Source: Candidatus Hydrogenedentota bacterium
GTDB lineage: Bacteria; Hydrogenedentota; Hydrogenedentia; Hydrogenedentales; SLHB01
Assembly: GCA_963745075.1 (NCBI GenBank)
Contig: CAVUWV010000008.1
Location: forward strand, 448,001-512,000
Length of the DNA: 64,000 nt
Direction of reading: 5' to 3'
The position numbers and the translations under genes are program-made. Position 1 is the first letter of the stretch, and the number at the start of each line of letters is the position of its first letter. Positions 60,363 to 64,000 of the stretch are shown here, one piece after another. Below the pieces are notes generated by a model that worked only from the letters and a program-made list of their open reading frames with translations, was not told where the DNA came from and made no database searches.

Positions 60363-61841
60363 TCACCCGGCACTCACCGCGGCGGGCATGCCCAACTCGA
60401 AACCGCGATTCCGCTCGTAGGTGTACGCGACCCGCAGCAGCGTTTCTTCATCAAAGGGCTTTGTCATAATTTGGAGTCCCGCGGGAAGGCCGGACGAGGT
60501 CAAGCCGCAAGGCAGACTCAATCCCGGGATCCCCGCGAGATTGACGGAGATCGTGTAGATATCGCTCAAATACATTTCCAAGGGATCGGCGGTCTTCTCG
60601 CCAATCTTGAACGCCGGTGTCGGCGCGGTAGGCGTCAGGATCGCATCGCACTGTTCGAAGGCTTCCAGAAAGTCGCGGGTGATCAGCGAACGCACCTTCT
60701 GGGCCTTGAGGTAATAGGCGTCGTAATAGCCGCTGGACAGCACGTAGGTGCCCAGCATGATCCGGCGGCGCACTTCCGGACCGTACCCCTCGGACTTGGT
60801 CTTCCGGTACAGCTCGTCGACGTTGCTCACGCCGCGGGCGCGGTAGCCGTAGCGGACGCCGTCGAATCGCGCCAGATTGGCGCTGGCCTCGGCCGTGCAA
60901 ATGATGTAATACGTGGCCACCGCGTAATCGGTGTGCGGAAGGGAAACCTCGACAATCTCCGCGCCCTGGCCTTCGAGCACCTCGATGGCCGATTCGATCT
61001 TCCCCCGGATTTCGCCGCCGAGAGCATCGGTAAAGTATTCCTTCGGCAGGCCGAGCTTCATCCCCGAAACATCGGACTTCAGGGCCTGGGTGAAGTCCGG
61101 TACCGGGATATCGGCCGAGGTCGAGTCGCGCAGGTCATGGCCGAAGATCGCGTTCATCATCAGCGCGCAGTCTTCCACGTCTTTTGTGAATGGCCCGATT
61201 TGATCGAGAGACGAGGCGAAGGCCACCAGCCCGTACCGCGACACGCGCCCGTACGTGGGCTTGAGCCCGACACAGCCGCAACAGGACGCAGGCTGACGAA
61301 TCGAACCGCCGGTGTCGCTGCCCAGGGTCGCGGCGCATTCGTGACCGGCCACCGCCGCCGCGGAGCCGCCGCTCGAACCGCCGGGAACGCAATCGAGGTT
61401 CCACGGGTTGCGCGTGGTCTGGATGGACGAATTCTCCGTGGACGAACCCATGGCGAACTCGTCCATGTTGAGCTTACCCATGAAGATCGCGCCGGACGCG
61501 GCCAGCCGCTCCACCACGGTTGCATCGAAGGGGCTGCGATAGCCCTTGAGGATCTTCGAACAACAGGTGGTCGTGCCCTCTTGGGTGCAGAGCACGTCCT
61601 TCAGGCCGATGGGCACGCCAGCGAGCGGACCCGGGTCGTCACCCTGTTTGATTCGCGCATCGACGGCCTGGGCCTGAGCGCGGGCGGCGTCGTTCCATAC
61701 GTCCACGAAGGCTTTCAACTTGTCGTCCACCGCTTCGATTCGTTGAAGACAACTTTCCGTGACCTCCAGCGCGGTGGTATTGCCCGAGCGAACCGCGTCG
61801 CGGATTTGGTGGGCGGTCTTCTCGTACCAGGATTCGCTCAT
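60363..61841 (-). CDS. gatA: Asp-tRNA(Asn)/Glu-tRNA(Gln) amidotransferase subunit A
   Basis: KLNMDEFAMGSSTE, GGSSGGS, LGSDTGGSIRQPA, RRIMLGTYVLSSGYY. Confidence 0.98.
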   Translation of the reverse strand: MSESWYEKTAHQIRDAVRSGNTTALEVTESCLQRIEAVDDKLKAFVDVWNDAARAQAQAVDARIKQGDDPGPLAGVPIGLKDVLCTQEGTTTCCSKILKGYRSPFDATVVERLAASGAIFMGKLNMDEFAMGSSTENSSIQTTRNPWNLDCVPGGSSGGSAAAVAGHECAATLGSDTGGSIRQPASCCGCVGLKPTYGRVSRYGLVAFASSLDQIGPFTKDVEDCALMMNAIFGHDLRDSTSADIPVPDFTQALKSDVSGMKLGLPKEYFTDALGGEIRGKIESAIEVLEGQGAEIVEVSLPHTDYAVATYYIICTAEASANLARFDGVRYGYRARGVSNVDELYRKTKSEGYGPEVRRRIMLGTYVLSSGYYDAYYLKAQKVRSLITRDFLEAFEQCDAILTPTAPTPAFKIGEKTADPLEMYLSDIYTISVNLAGIPGLSLPCGLTSSGLPAGLQIMTKPFDEETLLRVAYTYERNRGFELGMPAAVSAG

Positions 61842-61844
61842 CGT

Positions 61845-62141
61845 TTACTCCGTATCCAGGATGCGCGGCACGAGGAAATACTCGCCGTCCGTCTTCGGGG
61901 CGTTCATCAAGGCCGATTCGCGCGGCAGGGATGGCCATACCACATCCTCGCGGAACACGTTGCTCATCTCCTGGACGTGCATCATGGGCTCGATACCCGT
62001 GGTGTCGAGTTCGTTCAGCTTGTCCATGTAGCCCAGGATTTCGCCCATTTCCGCCACGAGCCGTTCTTTTGTGGACTCGTCGAGGGTCAGCTGGGCCAGC
62101 CCGGCCACGTACTCAACGTCGGCTTTGGTAATGTTCGCCAT
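61845..62141 (-). CDS. gatC: Asp-tRNA(Asn)/Glu-tRNA(Gln) amidotransferase subunit C
   Basis: ITKADVEYVAGLAQL, LNELDTTGIEP, FREDV, YFLVPRI. Confidence 0.95.
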   Translation of the reverse strand: MANITKADVEYVAGLAQLTLDESTKERLVAEMGEILGYMDKLNELDTTGIEPMMHVQEMSNVFREDVVWPSLPRESALMNAPKTDGEYFLVPRILDTE

Positions 62142-62408
62142 CGTGTTACTTTCCAGCGTTGGCGCGGGTCTGGCACGGCCGGATCGGGGGAGTACACGCC
62201 GAAAGGGCGTCCGGTGGGTGCAGAGCACCCGCGCATTGCGTTAAACAGAGGGCATATGCTAGCACACGGGCGCGGCACGAGTCCAAAATCGCGGCGCGTT
62301 GCGGCCGCCCTTGGCGGTATGGAGATCCCTGCATTTGAACGGGTTCCGCCGGTCGCGCATGATCGACACAACGGGTGAATCAGCCTCGTTCATTACTCGG
62401 AGGTTTCG

Positions 62409-63164
62409 TTGGAACAGACGCTGAGGGAACACGGCATGACTGCCATCGTACGGGGTTCCGATCCGGCTATTCGGGCCGCCCTGCTCGAGCGGGACGGGTG
62501 CGAGCCGCTGGCGAGCCATGGACGCGGTCACGTGTTCCGATTTCAGCTTGCCGACGGCGCTGCCATCCTGCGTCCGTACCGGCGCGGTGGGGTGATTCGG
62601 CTGTTTGTGAAGGAGGCGTATCTGTTCGTGAACCGGCCCCGGCGCGAATGGGACGTTCATGTCGATCTCTACGACGAAGGTTTTCCCGTGCCCGAACCGC
62701 TTGGGGTGGTTTGGGAGCGGCGGGGATTCGTCTATCGCGGGGCCTTTGCGACGCGGTGGATGGACGGCACCGACATCCTGGCCGCGACACGGGAGCGTCC
62801 CGACGACGCGCCCGCCCTGCTGACGCGGGTTGGCGAGTCGATTCGACGCATGCACGATCTGGGCGTGTATCACGCGGACCTTCAGGTCAGGAACATTTTG
62901 ATTCGCAGCGGAGACGACGAACCGGTGTTCATCGATTTCGACAATGCCCGCCGCCTACCGCACGTCTCGGGAGTGGCCCGCGCGCGAAACCTGCTGCGCC
63001 TGCGCCGGTCCTGCGCCAAGAACGGTATCGGCCTGGACGCCTTTGCCGCGATTCAGCAGGGCTATGGCATGACGACTTTCCCGTGGTGGCTGGACCGGGC
63101 ATACCGGGTCAAGGGGACCTTGTCCGATGCGGCCGCCGGACGTGAGCGAATGCATGCCGGATAA
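62409..63164 (+). CDS. Kdo kinase (KdkA)-like lipopolysaccharide kinase
   Basis: GRG, LRPYRRGG, VPEP, HDLGVYHADLQVRNIL, IDFD; the start may extend to GTG 62375 via a frameshift near 62410. Confidence 0.8.
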   Translation: MEQTLREHGMTAIVRGSDPAIRAALLERDGCEPLASHGRGHVFRFQLADGAAILRPYRRGGVIRLFVKEAYLFVNRPRREWDVHVDLYDEGFPVPEPLGVVWERRGFVYRGAFATRWMDGTDILAATRERPDDAPALLTRVGESIRRMHDLGVYHADLQVRNILIRSGDDEPVFIDFDNARRLPHVSGVARARNLLRLRRSCAKNGIGLDAFAAIQQGYGMTTFPWWLDRAYRVKGTLSDAAAGRERMHAG

Positions 63165-63966
63165 CGACGACATCATCGTGGAACGCCACGACGATCTCCG
63201 CGTTCAGCGTCGGCCGGACGTAGCGCTGGATACCGTCCTCGAAGTGATGCGCAAACCCGGGGAGATTTTGAAATCATCCCACAAAGCCGAAACCCTCCGG
63301 GTGGGCGGCTGGGTCGTGAAGCGGAGCCGGAACGAAGGCGGCGTCGGCGTGGTGAAACACACCTTCCAGCGCGCGCGGTACCGGCAGGGGTGGGAAGCGG
63401 CATTGCATCTGGAAAAGCGCGGCGTCCCGGTGGCGCGGGCCCACGCGTACGTGGAACGGGTGCGGTTCGGGTTCATTTTGTGCAACGTGCTCTGCACGGA
63501 CTACCTGGACAATTGCGTCGACGTGGAGACCTTTGCGGACGGAATGATTCGCGAGGGGGTCGACGACGTGACAGTCGAGGGCTATCTGGAACGCATCGCG
63601 GAAGCGGTGAACCTGTTGTGTGCGAGCGGCGCGTATCACAACGACCTCGCCGGGAAGAACATCCTCACGCCGGACGGCGAGCGATTCTACTTCATCGATC
63701 TCGACGGCATCGTGTTGAACCGGCCCTACACCGACGACCTCCGGCTGAAAAACTATGTGCAACTCTATGACTCCTTCATCGACCGCTGGGACGACGGACT
63801 ATTGGTACCGTTCGTTCGTCATATGCTGCCCGAGCCGGGAAACGTGGACGCGTGGATGGACCGGGTCCGCCCCGCACAGGTCAAGCGGCGAGCCCGCACG
63901 GAGGCCATCTGGGCACGGGAGGAAAGAGAAAAATGGGAAAAATGGTGGGAAAAATGGGGACAGTAA
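63154..63966 (+). CDS. Lipopolysaccharide kinase (InaA/WaaP-like) family protein
   Basis: VVKR, YHNDLAGKNIL, FIDLD; overlaps the upstream kinase. Confidence 0.8.
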   Translation: MPDNDDIIVERHDDLRVQRRPDVALDTVLEVMRKPGEILKSSHKAETLRVGGWVVKRSRNEGGVGVVKHTFQRARYRQGWEAALHLEKRGVPVARAHAYVERVRFGFILCNVLCTDYLDNCVDVETFADGMIREGVDDVTVEGYLERIAEAVNLLCASGAYHNDLAGKNILTPDGERFYFIDLDGIVLNRPYTDDLRLKNYVQLYDSFIDRWDDGLLVPFVRHMLPEPGNVDAWMDRVRPAQVKRRARTEAIWAREEREKWEKWWEKWGQ

Positions 63967-64000
63967 CCATTTATTCCGTCATGACTATTCGTTGTAACTC

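Overview
GC-rich bacterial chromosomal window. The gene style (many Tat/Sec-exported Gfo/Idh/MocA, DUF1080, sulfatase-like and TPR proteins; dense intergenic repeats) suggests a Hydrogenedentota/PVC-like organism, but this is inference only. Most of the window is carbohydrate uptake/metabolism, a C39-like peptidase-RimK-GCS2 cluster, a CusR/CzcR-type two-component system, transporters, pckA and a gatC-gatA-gatB-rsfS-Ser/Thr kinase run. The main discovery is a 9.3-kb minus-strand phage-derived cluster (15063-24324): portal, prohead protease, small TM protein, scaffold-position protein, decoration protein, HK97-type capsid, head-tail adaptor, Dit-like, Tal/hub-like, baseplate-like and holin-like genes. 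No terminase, tail tube, tape measure, integrase, replication or endolysin gene is recognisable in the window, and most of its spacers carry host repeats, suggesting domestication (GTA-like or a novel particle). Two nucleic-acid enzymes are embedded in structural-position proteins: a staphylococcal-nuclease (SNase) domain with intact catalytic motifs in the tail-hub protein and a LigD-type 3'-phosphoesterase domain in the scaffold-position protein. These activities are chemically complementary. Also notable: three small RBS-led ORFs at 56684-57499 (two share a leader-like motif), a strand-polarised 10-bp-period CACGGAC repeat family, and at least seven single-base frameshifts that look like assembly indel errors. 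No rRNA, tRNA or CRISPR array was seen. All family calls come from motif recognition by eye, not database searches.
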